From: Catajapyx aquilonaris
Taxonomy: Eukaryota
NCBI GenBank assembly: GCA_000934665.2
Contig: KZ538595.1
Coordinates: 1 to 64,000, forward strand
DNA: 64,000 bases
Reading direction: 5' to 3'
Made by a program: the position numbers and the translations under genes. Under the pieces are notes generated by a model that saw only the letters and a program-made list of their open reading frames with translations, ran no database searches and was not told the origin of the DNA. Of this stretch, positions 1-12,533 are shown piece by piece; within the stretch, counting starts at the first letter, position 1; every line of letters starts with the position of its first letter.

Positions 1-1025
1 TGGCCTCCATGGTGACCATGTTGACAGTCAAGTTGATAGTCAAGCGCAGCCGGCTTGTCTCAGGAGCTTCGTCCGGTAGATCTTTACTCTCTGGCTCTCG
101 TGAGTGGAGTGAGGGAGCTGTACATGTGAAAGTCTGCGCAATTGGTTGTGCATGACGACCCAATTGCATGACCGTATGTGGGTTTCCCACAGTGAATGGA
201 GATGCATTCAGGCTGCAATTCATTCAGAATCAATGGGCACGATAAGAAAATGCGGCTCAATTTTTTAAATTGACAGTTTGCCAGATGATGAGAAATATGG
301 AGAGCGATTATTTTTTTTATCAGCAATGGTGGAGCTTCTAGAATGTTATCCTTGTTGACTTTTCACATTAAAATTTGCCTGACATGTGGTACTTTATGAT
401 TGAGTTATAAAATGTGTAGGCTGCTTGATATACTTTTCATTTTAAATGCTTTTTGGTTGTGATGACCTGTTGACCTTGCTGCCTGATGGAAGCTTTCCAG
501 CGGCTATTTAAAGGTACAGTTCATACATGGAAAAAAAAAGGGAAGAAATGTATCACTAATCATTTGCTTTCCTTAATCTGAAGTAACAATCAGACAGATA
601 ATAACCCTTTTATCTACTGATTTGGTTACAAGAGTGTGCTTAGCTGGCTTTTATTGGTCGTAACATCTACCTGTAGCTAATAACCGGGGCTTTGCATCTG
701 TTTGTAGCGTGTAATTACAAATACATGTTTTGTATTTGCCTATTACTTTTTAGAGGCAGTTGCACCTTTCCAGTAGTTTCATGGTGTAGTGAAATCCAAC
801 CAGAGCTGCTCTCTGCAGCTATTTTTGCAGAAAATATGTTGCACATTTGTTGGTACTGAATCCTTGAATTTCTTTGCATTTTGGCAACATACGTACGTAA
901 GGTACTCGATGTCCTCTAAAAAGTAATTATTTGTGTATGGTGTTGAGATTGAAGGTGATGGAATATGTGGAAACCATGTCACGTTGGGTGCTGACACGTG
1001 CCTCGTTCCTTCCGTCTTTTTACAG

Positions 1026-3644
1026 TACGGTCGTCAGAGGATAGAAATAGCACAGAAAAAGAAGCATGGCGGCAAAGGGGACGAATCGCTTCAAAAGCAA
1101 AGGGAGGAGAAGAATGGCAAGGTGAATCCCACCAAGATGCAAAATGGGACTCCGCGGCACACCAACACCCTCATTAGTCGGGATGACCTTATTCTCTCGC
1201 CTGACCCTGACTTAAACTACAGAAATGAGGTAGAGTTCTAATGGTCACAAGTGAGAGTTTAAAAATGCTTTCTATTAATTCAGTGCACTGGAAAGAAATT
1301 TGACTTATTACTGAAGGGAAAGTTGTCCCGAGTCATGTTGAGTTTATATGCAAAAATTGCATGTTCTGTTACTGTATAGTCTGCATTACGGAATGTAGCA
1401 TGTGGAAATAGTATGACCTGTATTGCTTTGTTTGAAACACCACAGTAATATACAATTGGTTTAAAGGATGACGAACCTAAAGAGAAGCCAGCTGAGGAGA
1501 ACCCCAAGCGTGACTTCAAATTGGGAGATTGCTTGGACTACATCAAGTCAGGAGTGGAATCCATCATTGAAGATGAGGTGACAATGAGATTTGTGGCTGA
1601 GGAGCTCAAGGTAAGTCTCCAGTAAGTTGGAAATAGGATCATTGAAGGCGTAACATACAAAATATTAGGGTTAGTCTGCCAATACACGAAGGTGAACACT
1701 TGTATTGAAATTCCCCGGCGAGCAACAGTTTCATTGCTGCTGAAATTAATATTCGAATTTTGTTACTCCGTGAAACTTGAATTTCTGCCTCAAAGTGGAG
1801 TCATTGGTTATCACCATTCGGATTGACCTTGAAGTGCACTTGCTGGATGTGGTGGAATGCACAATATTGGTGGAAAGATTTTTGCTGTAATTACTTTATT
1901 TGCATCACAGAATTTGGCTATGGCCAGTGTAGGGTGGACATTTTGAGGACATTTCTTGTGCGACATAATTATGTTGCCACATCTGCATTTCTTTGATAGT
2001 AAGTCGATCGAGATTTTCCTTGTATGTTGCTGAACGGTGAGAGTATTTTCTGAACCTGTGTGGCGCTTGCGAGGTATGTTACACAATTCTCTCTCTCATT
2101 ATCTCCTTCCTCCATTTCAGTCCTGGAATCTGATGACCCGCACCAACCTGAACTACGAGTTTATCAGCTGGCGGCTGACCTTCATCTGGTTTTTTGGATT
2201 TGCCATGAGGCACTTTGTCCTGTTCCCCATAAGGCTCATCATATGTGTCTTTGGGGTTGGTCCTTTATCTGCCTTCAGATGCTATCGCCTTGCCAGCTTG
2301 ATAACCGAATAATATTGTTGCCTCACAGGTGTTTTGGCTGGCCTTCAGCATGTCCATTGTTGGCATGTTTCCAAATGGGAGGTTCAAGAAGTGGCTGTAC
2401 CAGAGAGCCAGCTTCATGTGCTTTGAGGTCCTGTCAAGCGCGCTCTCCGCCGTCATCACGTACCACGACCTGGAGAACAGGCCAAAGAGTGGCATCTGTG
2501 TTGCCAACCACACCTCACCAATTGACATTGTCATACTGGCCTGTGACAACTGCTATGCTCTGGTAAGTTTGATTTACTGCTGCGGGTGTGAAGGAACACA
2601 AGTTATTCCGGAATCATTTAATAGTGAAAGCTTGAACAGGCTTCAACATACATGTGGCTCGATGTCTGTTGAGTTGGCCAATTGCAATCAATGTGGATTT
2701 GTACTGACTGTTCTTAATTTCCCCCCTCCCGCAGATTGGTCAAAGACAAGGAGGCTTCATAAACGTATGCCAGCGAGGGCTCTCCAAAGCGTCTTCTCAC
2801 ATTTGGTTTGAGAGGTCCGAGATCAAGGACAGGGCAGCTGTCACCCGCAGGTCAGTCATTTCGTATGAAGGGAGCTGCCTTGTCTCCCACTGGGCTCTCA
2901 GTGTTGCTGTTTGTGATGGTCGCCTTTCAACAATGGTGTTTATTATTGACACAGGTTGAAGGAACACGTGGAGGGGAAAGACCAGTTTCCAATCCTGATA
3001 TTTCCGGAGGGGACCTGCATCAACAACACTTCCGTCATGCAATTCAAGAAAGGGAGCTTTGAGGTTGGAGGAGTGATATATCCAGTGGCCATCAAGGTAA
3101 GAGGAGAGCTTTGCTTTCAGGGAAAAACTTACTCATACTCGTCCCATCCCCAGTATGATGCTCGCTTTGCGGATGCCTTCTGGAACAGCAGCCAGGATTC
3201 GTTCATGCAGTATCTGTACAAGATGATGACCAGCTGGGCCTTGGTCTGCGACGTCTGGTATCTTCCACCAATGATCAAGAAAGAGGACGAGAATGCCGTC
3301 GACTTTGCAAACAGGGTCAAGGCTGAGATTGCCAGGCAGGGTGGGCTTGTAGACCTCATGTGGTGAGTATATTGTACCTGCATTTAAATATACAAATGTA
3401 GCAAGGTATAAGTGTCATTTAATCACTTATAAGTACATAGAAAACATTGGAAAATATGGTTTGTCATCAGTAGTTTTTCTCTTGACGTTGACTGTAATGC
3501 TATTGTGACATTGATTGAGTCTTCGGATTGATACGAACTATGCTTCCTTTCCTCAGGGACGGCCAGTTGAAGCGGATGAAGGCAAAGAAGGAGTGGAAGG
3601 AGAAGCAGCAAGAGGAGTTTAGTAAAAGACTGAAAGTCGAGTAG
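1026..3644 (+). CDS. GPAT4: Glycerol-3-phosphate acyltransferase 3/4 family (ER GPAT), multi-exon; first coding exon(s) probably upstream of the window
   Basis: Predicted exons ~1026-1229, 1467-1610, 2121-~2255, 2329-2562, 2735-2850, 2955-3096, 3154-3362, 3557-3644 with GT-AG introns. Motifs IIEDEVTMRFVAEELKSWNLMTRTN, NHTSPID (HxxxxD), IWFERSE, IFPEGTCINN and WDGQLKR match GPAT3/4. GPAT3 and GPAT4 cannot be separated. Confidence 0.92.
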
Positions 3645-5080
3645 GTGGAATGAGAGGATGAGCAATTGGGATTGGGCGAAAGGATTTGAGAATGAGTGGA
3701 ATTTTTTGAATGAGTGTTTCTGCCCTTAAGCATTTCTGTGATGGTTGTGTTCCCTCCCCTGTCTGGAAAAAAAAGAAGAAAACACCCATGCACCCTAGCT
3801 GCCTAAGTAGTTCGTGCCAACAAAACTGTGGTTTACTACCTCCTATTCTGTGTATATTTCTGTTTGTTTTGCTGATCTCCAGACCCGTTTTTGTGTCTGG
3901 TTTATGAAGAAGAAGAAAATAATAAGGGTTTAGTGCTGCCCAAGCTCCACAATAGAAATATCAGTATTACTATATGGTAATATCATTGTGATCTGTAAGT
4001 AAGGGCAAGTTTAGGCCCGTACGTTCTGCGACCTTTGTATCGAGGTGAAGCAGCAATTGGGATATTTGACCTCTTGGGAGTTGAACTGGTCTCAAACCCT
4101 GACATGTAGATGATAATGCAATATTTGACAAGACTGGGCATGAGTGAAATTAAGTTGACATTACATGATGGCGAGGTCAAATCATTGGCCACATATTGCT
4201 GTGTGTACGGTACATCACTCTTCATCAGTGGAGAGTGTCAAAAATGAATGTTGTTTCAATGATTCACATGTTGATACGTCAGAAGTGTACAAAAAAAAGG
4301 GTCATGTCATGTCAAAATGCATGACATTGTACTTGAGAATGTTAGAAAAATTGTTGGTATTATTGTTTTCAACAATGCCAGGTGCTGTGTCTAGAAACTT
4401 GTTTGAAAGGGTGGAAAATATGGTCAGTAGCATTGATATTTTTTGACATGATGGGGCTTGGGCATACCCAAATACCTCCAAAAATAAAGAGGAGGAGGGG
4501 GGCGGAGAGTAGAGTGGTACAACATTCCAAAAGTGTGGCCAACAAATCGCTGTGTACATATCGCTTTTTAGTCATCTTAAGAGAGAGAGAGTAATTACGA
4601 GAAAAATGAAATCGTCATGACAAGTACATCACACATCACATCACAGTATGGGCCAAAACGTAGCTTTAATTTTTCAAACTTGGGGTATTGCATCAGTTTG
4701 TACAAAAGGAAGTGTAAAAAAAAATTAATAATGATGCGGTGTTGCCAACCTGTGCAATTTTATTGTGGATCACCACCACCACCACCCCTTTCAGCACCAG
4801 GCGGAGATGGATTACATATTCCCAGTGCCATATTTCATGTGCAAAGAGCCTACTGCATTTATCCTGACGAAATATATCGTGCAGTCTATTAATGGCTCAT
4901 CACATGCAATGCAATCATGCGGTTGACTTTCACCCTTGTTATCGCAACCACTGATATACCTGTTCACGTGAAGATAAGGACACCTTTGTTCCTAAATAGA
5001 TTGACTTGCTCTTTCACTCTTCTGAGAACGTCTTGACCACCAGCTTGTAAACTGTGTGAGCGATCGAGTTCTGAGGTGCA

Positions 5081-7247
5081 ATGGCCACTGGTTACGTGAG
5101 GTGGGAGGAAGGCACGGGGGGTCCCGTCTCGTTCGACAGCCTCTTACTCATGGATGGAGTGGAACAAAGAGGACCTCCACCGTCCTCGTCTTCCGTTGGA
5201 CAGATGCAGGACAGGGGTTGGCAGTGGGACGCCTCTTCCCTGGAGGTCAGGGCAGACAGGATCCTGCGCTCCGGAGCTCTCTCTGATGCAACGGTCCTTG
5301 TCGGAAGGGATCCTGTCATGACATTCCGGGTAAGTTATTGCCTTGATTTTGTTGGTTTACGTAAAATTGTAATACATGCATTACTGCCGAAGTGTTCTCT
5401 TTGTTGTATTACGTGCACTCTTCCTGGATGGTTTTGCATCAACAACTCTGTCAACAGTAACACTGATGAGCTCATTTTTGTCACATGCCGGTATTCCAAC
5501 TGATGTTGTTGCCACATTTTGATCACCATGCAGGGATATTGCCAGGGGTTATAATAATGGGCAGAATGCTACCAAAGTCGCGTTCGCTTCCTCTGCAGGT
5601 CCACAAGCTGTTCTTGGCCATTTCCAGCTCGGTCCTGGAATCCCAGCTCTACAGCGAGTCCGGACCAGTCACCATTTCAATGGAGGACACCACTCCTCCA
5701 GTCTTCCTGAAGCTCCTGGGCTACATCTACAAGAACGAGGTCAAACTGGACTGTCCAGCAGACACCTGGAGCCTGTGGCTATTGGCTCAGAAGCTCAAGA
5801 TGAAGCATCTTGGGGACAAAACTAGGGAGGTATGCCACTCAGATTGTCTGCCGCCTCTTGTTTTTATGATCAGGTGATGAACGATCAGGAAGTCAACATT
5901 TCTTGGAGTTACTTGAGCTAATGTATATATCTATTTTTATGTCCTATAAAGGGGGGTAAAAATTTTGATGATTTATAAATCAGCTCAAGTACCGGTAACT
6001 CCAAGAAATGTTGACTCTCGGCCCGGGCCGAGAGAAATGAATTATTATTGTACATGAAACACGTGTGTTATTTCCGTATATGGTTATGCATATTGAATAT
6101 TTCTGCAGTATAAAGTGGAATGCATTGTTTTTTCAGTACATTATCAAAGGTGTGACACCTGATAATGCATTGCAGTCACTGAAGAAGGCTGCTCTCTACA
6201 GCGACACTGCCCTAGAACAACCCTGCTTCCGAGTGAGTCATTCATCATGTCCTCACTGATTGTTATTGTTGTTAATGGGTTATGCCAAGGTTATGCTCAC
6301 CATGGACGTTTACTGCTACAGCTGATTGAGAAATATGCTGACCGAGTGTTGAAAATGGACGAATTTGCTGACCTTCCTGAGAACTTGGCCCTGAAGATCA
6401 TATCCAGCCCGTACCTTCAAGCCACGGAAATTGTTGCGTTTGATGCTGCTGTTGCGTGGTAAGGAAATTGCAGTCTTTTAAAGTACTTGCAGAGTACTAC
6501 ATTTTACACTGGTTGTGCACCTCTCGTTTCAGGGCTAAAAGAGGCACATTCTCAGAAGAGACCATCCAACAAAGGTTCTCTATATTCAAGCCACACATCA
6601 GGTTAGATGCAATAACGTCTCAGGATTTCCAAGCGAAGGTGATGACCTCCGGGGTCCTGAGCGATCGAGAGCTCATTTTTCAAATGGGATCCATGATCAG
6701 TCGGATGAATAAACCTGGAAAAGGCGACTCGGGAGTGCTGGAGCAGCCCAGGAGCAGCAGGGTCCAGCACTATGTCTGTGACAGGTCATCTCAGATGAAA
6801 GGACCTTCAGAGCCGCAAGTGTGGTCGCATTACAACGCCCCTGTAGAGTTCAAGTTTGCAGTTGTACGCTGCCCCGAGTCCTGCTTATTTACCGGAATGC
6901 AGATAACCCAGGGCTACAATTACTACGACAGCAAACAGATGATGCTCCAGATTGATTGCGTTGTGGAGGAGAAGGAACCTGACGGAAGAACCCTGTATCT
7001 GTGTGCTGCCAATTCCCTGAAGCCTCCTTACAGCATCACATTTGATTCTCCCATCCAGATCAAGGCAGGGTCCGAGTACAGTGTTCAGGTTACGGTGCAT
7101 TACGTTGACCAAGATGCCAGGGTGAAATCGTTTGTCGCGCGCGCCTTTGAGCAGGTCACATGTGGAGATGTTCTTCAGATCAGCTTCACTCCCGTAACAA
7201 ACGCGAAATATCATCTTGTGCCGAGGCTCTTTTTCGAGTCACTTTAA
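5081..7247 (+). CDS. BTB-BACK protein with divergent PHR-like C-terminal domain (BTBD1/2/3/6-like), copy 1
   Basis: Five predicted exons: SDATVLVG..TFR|VHKLFLAISSSVL..VFLKLLGYIY (BTB); VTPDNAL..F..LP..L.ATEIVAFDAAVAW (BACK); last exon KPHIRL..YSITFDSPIQIKAGSEY..LVPRLFF (PHR-like). Confidence 0.85.
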
Positions 7248-7707
7248 TAATTAATAAGCACCACAATGTTATAATGTTATTGTGATGCAGACAGTATTGG
7301 GTGTTGATTTTTCAAGTGATCACGGATAATAACATTTAAGCTCTAAGCAGTATATACAGTATGTACCTCTCTCTTTATTCAATGCACACAATGAATGAAT
7401 GGCAGAATTAGTGATGTAAGAAGTAACTTGTACAAAGCAGCATCAATAAAGAAAGGGATTACTTTATTACTATTAATTATAGTGTGGCATGCATGCAACT
7501 TAATTGACCCTTGCTATAGTTTTGCAGTTAGGGTGTTTTACCTCGGGACGGCAGTGTACATTGAGTATGTTGCTAAACTCTGAGTACTGTGCTGTGCAAC
7601 AATGGTCCTCTGTTGGCCAATAAATCTGGAATCCCATAGAAACGCCAGGTATAATTAAACATTCCACTCCTTCCGCGAAAGAAGACTGATTCTTCGCTCT
7701 TGCAATC

Positions 7708-7748
7708 TGACCTCTATTGCCCATCGGTATATGCCCAATCTCGCTTGG
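7708..7748 (+). promoter_or_regulatory. Conserved upstream motif of orphan gene copy A
   Basis: TGACCTCTATTGCCCATCGGTATATGCCCAATCTCGCTTGG ~100 nt before the ATG; a close match lies upstream of copy B (21970-22009, minus strand). Confidence 0.55.
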
Positions 7749-7845
7749 GGCCACACAGATTCATTACACGTTCGAGGCCCACCTCGCACCATCAGAGTGG
7801 TTCCCTCGAGAGACAGCTAGCACACAGACATCAGCAGCATCAACG

Positions 7846-9191
7846 ATGATGGACGAGAGTAAGTCAGACAAAGACAAGTTCATGGAGAAGGCGATGGCGG
7901 CCTGCATCGTTGGATACTTGTCGTCTTATAACCCAAAGCCAGGCGCAGTCAGACGCCCTCTCACCATGGACCAGATGAGGGATGAAGTCCTCTCAGATAT
8001 GACCTTCATCTTCGAGTCAGTATAATACACACATAATCGTAGTAATTACAATTTCATTACATTGCATCACGGCTTAATTCCCATAAAGGGGTAGCCAGCG
8101 GTGACCAGGTTATGCCTATAATCATAGTAATAACATGAAATAATATATTGGATGCAGGTGCAACAAGACTATGCGCATGAAGAACCGCCTGACCAGATTG
8201 ATGGACAGCCCCAGGGTCCGCTTCAACCACAAGGAGTACCTGGCACGCCTCCAGAAGAGAATCAAGGAGAGCCTCGCCGCAATTGTAGATGACAGAGTGA
8301 TGGTCAGACAGGTACGTATATACACACATGTCACCTGAAGAAGTCCGTCAGTGATGATGCAGGTGACCAAGCAGCTGGGTCCACTTTCAGGATGACGAGC
8401 GATTCAATGAGCAGTTAATGATGCTGCGTGGGAAGGTCAAGGTGTCCCCAGAGTACAAGGATGCTCTCAACAAGCACCCAATTTTCCTGGCCAATAAGTT
8501 TATCGACAAGATGACCGTAGAACAGAAGGTGACCCAGATCCGCCACACTCTTCTCTCTCTCTCTCTACCTTGAATCATGTCCTTTCAGAGACTTCCTCCT
8601 GTGGTCCACGGTGCATACCTGATCAGCCCAAAGATAAGGAAAGAACACAAACCAAAGACCCTGGCTGCGGCCAGAAGATCCTTTCAGAATCTGATGGCAA
8701 AGGAGGAGGAGGAGAGACGGCGGGAGAAGGAGGGGCAGAAGCTGAATGCCATATTGCTGGCCGCTGAGAGGGCCAGCGCCTGGGAGAAGATGGTCCGGGA
8801 AGGCGGACAGTACTCGAAGGACCTCTGGTTCCAGGCGCCCATGGTCTCCAGATTGAAGAAAACCACTCAGGTACAGTATGATGCACCATGGGTCATCTTG
8901 GGCTCATTCTTATCATCTATTGCGGGTGTGTCATAGATGGAGCACATGTACCACCTGGGTGACTTGAGCATAGAGATGACCGAGTATAAGAAGGGCGCCA
9001 GGAAGTGGAAGAAGAAGGAGGAGGTGGTGGCGGTTGCCCCACCGGTGCCGCAGGAGGAGCCAGAAGAAGTACAGGCCAGCCAGCCGCCATATTCATCTCC
9101 GCCGGAGCCATCAACAGCATCAGAGTCGTCGGAGGATCCTTCTCAGTCCCCCCCACAGGAGCCATCACTCCAGGAAGAACCACCAGCGTGA
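7846..9191 (+). CDS. Uncharacterised (orphan) protein, copy A; Lys/Arg/Glu-rich with Pro/Glu/Ser tail
   Basis: Predicted exons 7846-8015, 8158-8311, 8391-8528, 8589-8870, 8937-9191 join in frame. The paralog at 20492-21879 has the same intron positions and conserved blocks (YLSSYNPKPG, HPIFLANKFID, RLPPVVHG, LWFQAP, MEHMYHL). No domain recognised. Confidence 0.8.
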
Positions 9192-9440
9192 TCACTTGCG
9201 CCACGAGCACCACAATCCGGCTGAAATATTATGAGTAAAATTGTACTGTGAATAACTGTATAAATGAAACACTTTGTATATCCTGCTGGTGTTCCAACGG
9301 CCTGTGTGGCACTGCATGGTCAGTCTATAGTTAAAGGAGGCCCTCCAGGCGCAGACGCCACACAAGAAAGGGGCAATGCAGCAACAATGCGAATTTAAAA
9401 CAATTAAAAGGCGTGCGGCGCTCTAAAGTTTGAATCCTAA

Positions 9441-9679
9441 AGGCCGCTTCACAAACTCGGCGTTGCGAAAGCGTGGCGTGTGGGCCTTACGCTCATCGCA
9501 CGCAGAAAGTCCACCCGATTGGACGCCAGCGCAACGCCCGCGCTCGGTCATCGCACGCAGCATTTGTGAATAGCCCTTCGCAAATTTTCCGCTCTCCGTA
9601 CGCCCCGCTCGCGCAAATCCGGGTTTGTAAAACGGGCATTTCGCCCCGCTTTCGCAACGCCGAGTTTGTGAAGCGGCCT
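9441..9679. mobile_element. 239-bp MITE, PIF/Harbinger (Tourist)-like
   Basis: Perfect 33-bp terminal inverted repeats AGGCCGCTTCACAAACTCGGCGTTGCGAAAGCG (9441-9473 and 9647-9679) flanked by TAA target duplications (9438-9440, 9680-9682). Confidence 0.85.
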
Positions 9680-9741
9680 TAAGCTGCTATTGGGAGACGG
9701 GGGGCAGCTGCTGTGCGATGTCTGGCCCTGGCGAATCCAAG

Positions 9742-12300
9742 ATGGCGTCCTCCGTGGTCCGGCTGAGAGGCGTGGTGTCCGTCCGTGGTGTCCGTCCGGG
9801 GCTCCTGGCCCTGTCCAGGAGATGGACGGCCAACCACGGGAGGTTCAGGGAGGCCAAGGAACCGGAGGAAATGCAAGCCACCTTCTCCAATGGGTACACG
9901 ATCCACTGGCTGGTCGTACCGTATTTAATTAATTTGAAATTTAATTGCAGGCGTTCAATGAGACTGAGCACCGGATGGCTGGCACGGTTTGCAGATGGAT
10001 CCGCGCTGGCCCAGCTGGGAGACACCACGGTGATGGCCACTGCGGTTGGGAAGACCCTCGCTGGGTCGCCTGGGTCGGGGGTGCCGCTGGTGGTGGACTA
10101 CAGGCAGGGGGCCTCCTCCGTCGGACGGATACCAGCCACCTTCAGGAGGAGGGAGACCGGGCCCTCCGAGAGGGAGGTGCTGGCTGGGAGGGCAGTCGAC
10201 AGGTGCGTCCGCCCGCTCTTTCCGACACTAGCGCAGGCCACCGACACGCAGGTGATCGCAAGCGTGCTGGCAGCGGACGACCTGCACGACCCTGTAGTGC
10301 TGGCCATCAACTCCGCCTCAGCCGCCCTTGCAATATCCGACATACCCTGGGACGGACCGGTAAGTCGGCCCTTTCGGTTTATGTCGCATCGAATGATAAG
10401 TCCGCTTTCAGGTCGGTGCGGTCCGCATCGCGCGGATATCCGGAGGCGAGCTGATAGTGTGTCCGACGCGACGGGAGCGCCAGGAGTCGACATTGGACAT
10501 GCTGGTGTGTGCGTGCGATCAAAACCTGATTCTGATGGTGGAAGCGGGCTGCCAGGATGTGCTGCAGCAGGACTTCATGCGTGCCCTCAAGGTTGGGGTG
10601 CAGGAGTGCCAGCATGTCGTCAGGGCTGTGCAGGGATTGCAGAGGAAGGTCAGCGTTTCATTCGCGTTGATTGTCACTGACGGAGCATTAACATCCGGAT
10701 TAATATTCTAGGTTGGGAAGGAAAAGAGGGACATTTCGCATGTTCAGCCGTCTGGCGGATCGGTGGCGGAAGCGGTTAAGACTCTGAGTGAGGCAAGGTT
10801 GAGAGAGATTTTTAAGGATGTGTCGCACGACAAGAAGTCCAGGGACGATGCGGTGGCTGCCTTGAGATCCTCGGTAATGGAGCAGCTGAAGGCGGAAGCA
10901 CCTGAAGGCTCAAAGGATGCAGCGGTGTCTGAAGCGTTTGGGGCTGTCTCCAGGGAAGTCTTCCGGAGCATGGTGCTTGAGACTGGTGGGGTCCGTTGCG
11001 ATGGGCGGACCCCAGGTGACCTGAGGCCAATCACATGCCAGGTGGGCATGTTCCCGCCTCTCCCAGGGTCCGCCGTTTTCCAGCGGGGACAAACGCAGGT
11101 GGTATGCAGCGTAGCGTTTGACTCTCCAGACTCGGCCGTGAGAGCTGACCCTGTAGGAGGGTCAAACGAGAAGAACTTCTTCCTGCACTACGAGTTCCCC
11201 CCATTTGCCACCAATGAAATGGGGAGGGTTGGAGGATGGGGAGGCAGGAGAGAGATTGGCCACGGAGCCCTGGCGGAGAAGGCGCTGGCCCCACTGGTGC
11301 CTTCCGACCTTCCCTTCACCACCAGGGTGTGGGCGCAGGTCATGGAGTCAAACGGATCGTCCTCGATGGCCACCGTGTGTGCAGCCTCCTTGGCTATGAT
11401 GGACGCGGGCCTTGCTTTGCCCAGTCCGGTAGGAGGAGTGGCCGTTGGGCTGGTGGCAAAATATGAGCTCACTCCGCACGGCCAGCTGGACACAAAGCAT
11501 ATGCAGGACTATCAACTGTTGGCAGACATACTGGTGAGTTTCCACTGTCGTTCCGCTAGCAGGTGACTAATGTGACTTTCCAGGGCATTGAAGACTACAT
11601 GGGCGACATGGACATGAAGCTGGCTGGCACCAAGAAGGGCATCACGGCCATGCAGCTGGACGTCAAAGTGCCAGGACTTCCTTTGAAAGTGATCATGGAG
11701 GGGATTCAGCTAGGGTCGGATGCCAAATCGAAAGTGCTGCAGGTCATGTCCACAACCATGGACCACCCGAGAGACAGTCACGAGAAATGGCCAGTGTCGG
11801 ACACTCTTCAGGTGTCGCCGCACCAAAGGGGAGCCCTGGTTGGATTCGGAGGATGCAACCTCCGCCGCTTAAAGGCTGCGACTGGGGTCCAGTTAGAGGC
11901 AAATGAAGACGGATCCTTTGCGGTCTTTGCCCCAAATTCGGCAGCCTGGGAGGAAGCCAAGGACCATGTTAAGCGCATCCTAGAGAAGCAGGCGAAGAGA
12001 ACACCGGAGCTTGAGTTTGGTGCCGTGTACTCCGCGCGCATTGTTGAACTGAAGGAGACTGGGTGCCTGGTCAGCCTCCACCCGGACATGCAGCCAGCAC
12101 TGCTGCACAACTCGCAGCTGGACCAGCGGCCAGTGCACCACCCTTCCGCTCTGGGTCTCGAGGTGGGACAGACCATCCTCGTCAAGTACTTTGGACGAGA
12201 CCCAGTGTCTGGAAGGGTGCGGATTTCCAGGAAGGTGCTGCAGGGAGGATCGGGTGGGCCTGTGAAGGATTTCCATCCCAACGAGTCGACTGGCCAATAA
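9742..12300 (+). CDS. PNPT1: Polyribonucleotide nucleotidyltransferase 1, mitochondrial (PNPase)
   Basis: Motifs LARFADGSA, PLVVDYRQ, DRCVRPLFP, RCDGR, GSAVFQRGQTQV, FFLHYEFPPFA, RREIGHGALAEKAL, ESNGSSSMA, DILGIEDYMGDMDMK, then KH and S1 (LLHNSQLD..KYFGRDP) domains. Four short introns. Arg-rich N-terminus fits a mitochondrial presequence. Alternative in-frame ATG at 9718. Confidence 0.96.
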
Positions 12301-12533
12301 ATTTTTGTACTTTGCAACAACATTCAGCTGTGAATAATTGCAGTGACTGATAAGCCCTTGTTGCATGGGCTACATGTAAAATAGTGATATTTTTTACATT
12401 TTCGCTTTATCAAATGAGATCGTCAGAAATAATGAATTCTTTTTGTAATAAATTGTCATGTTGTAATGCATTTCTAGGCATTTTTTTGAGGTTTATATGC
12501 AATTGAGGCAATGCGAACTAGTTACACTCTCAC

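Noticed and set aside
1..215. Minus-strand frame open to the window edge (..MQLGRHAQPIAQTFTCTAP..NMVTMEA), possibly an exon nested in a GPAT intron
   Set aside because: Short, truncated by the window and without recognisable homology.
6015..6034. Perfect 20-bp palindrome CTCTCGGCCCGGGCCGAGAG in a BTB copy 1 intron
   Set aside because: Isolated, with no TSD and no second copy in the window.
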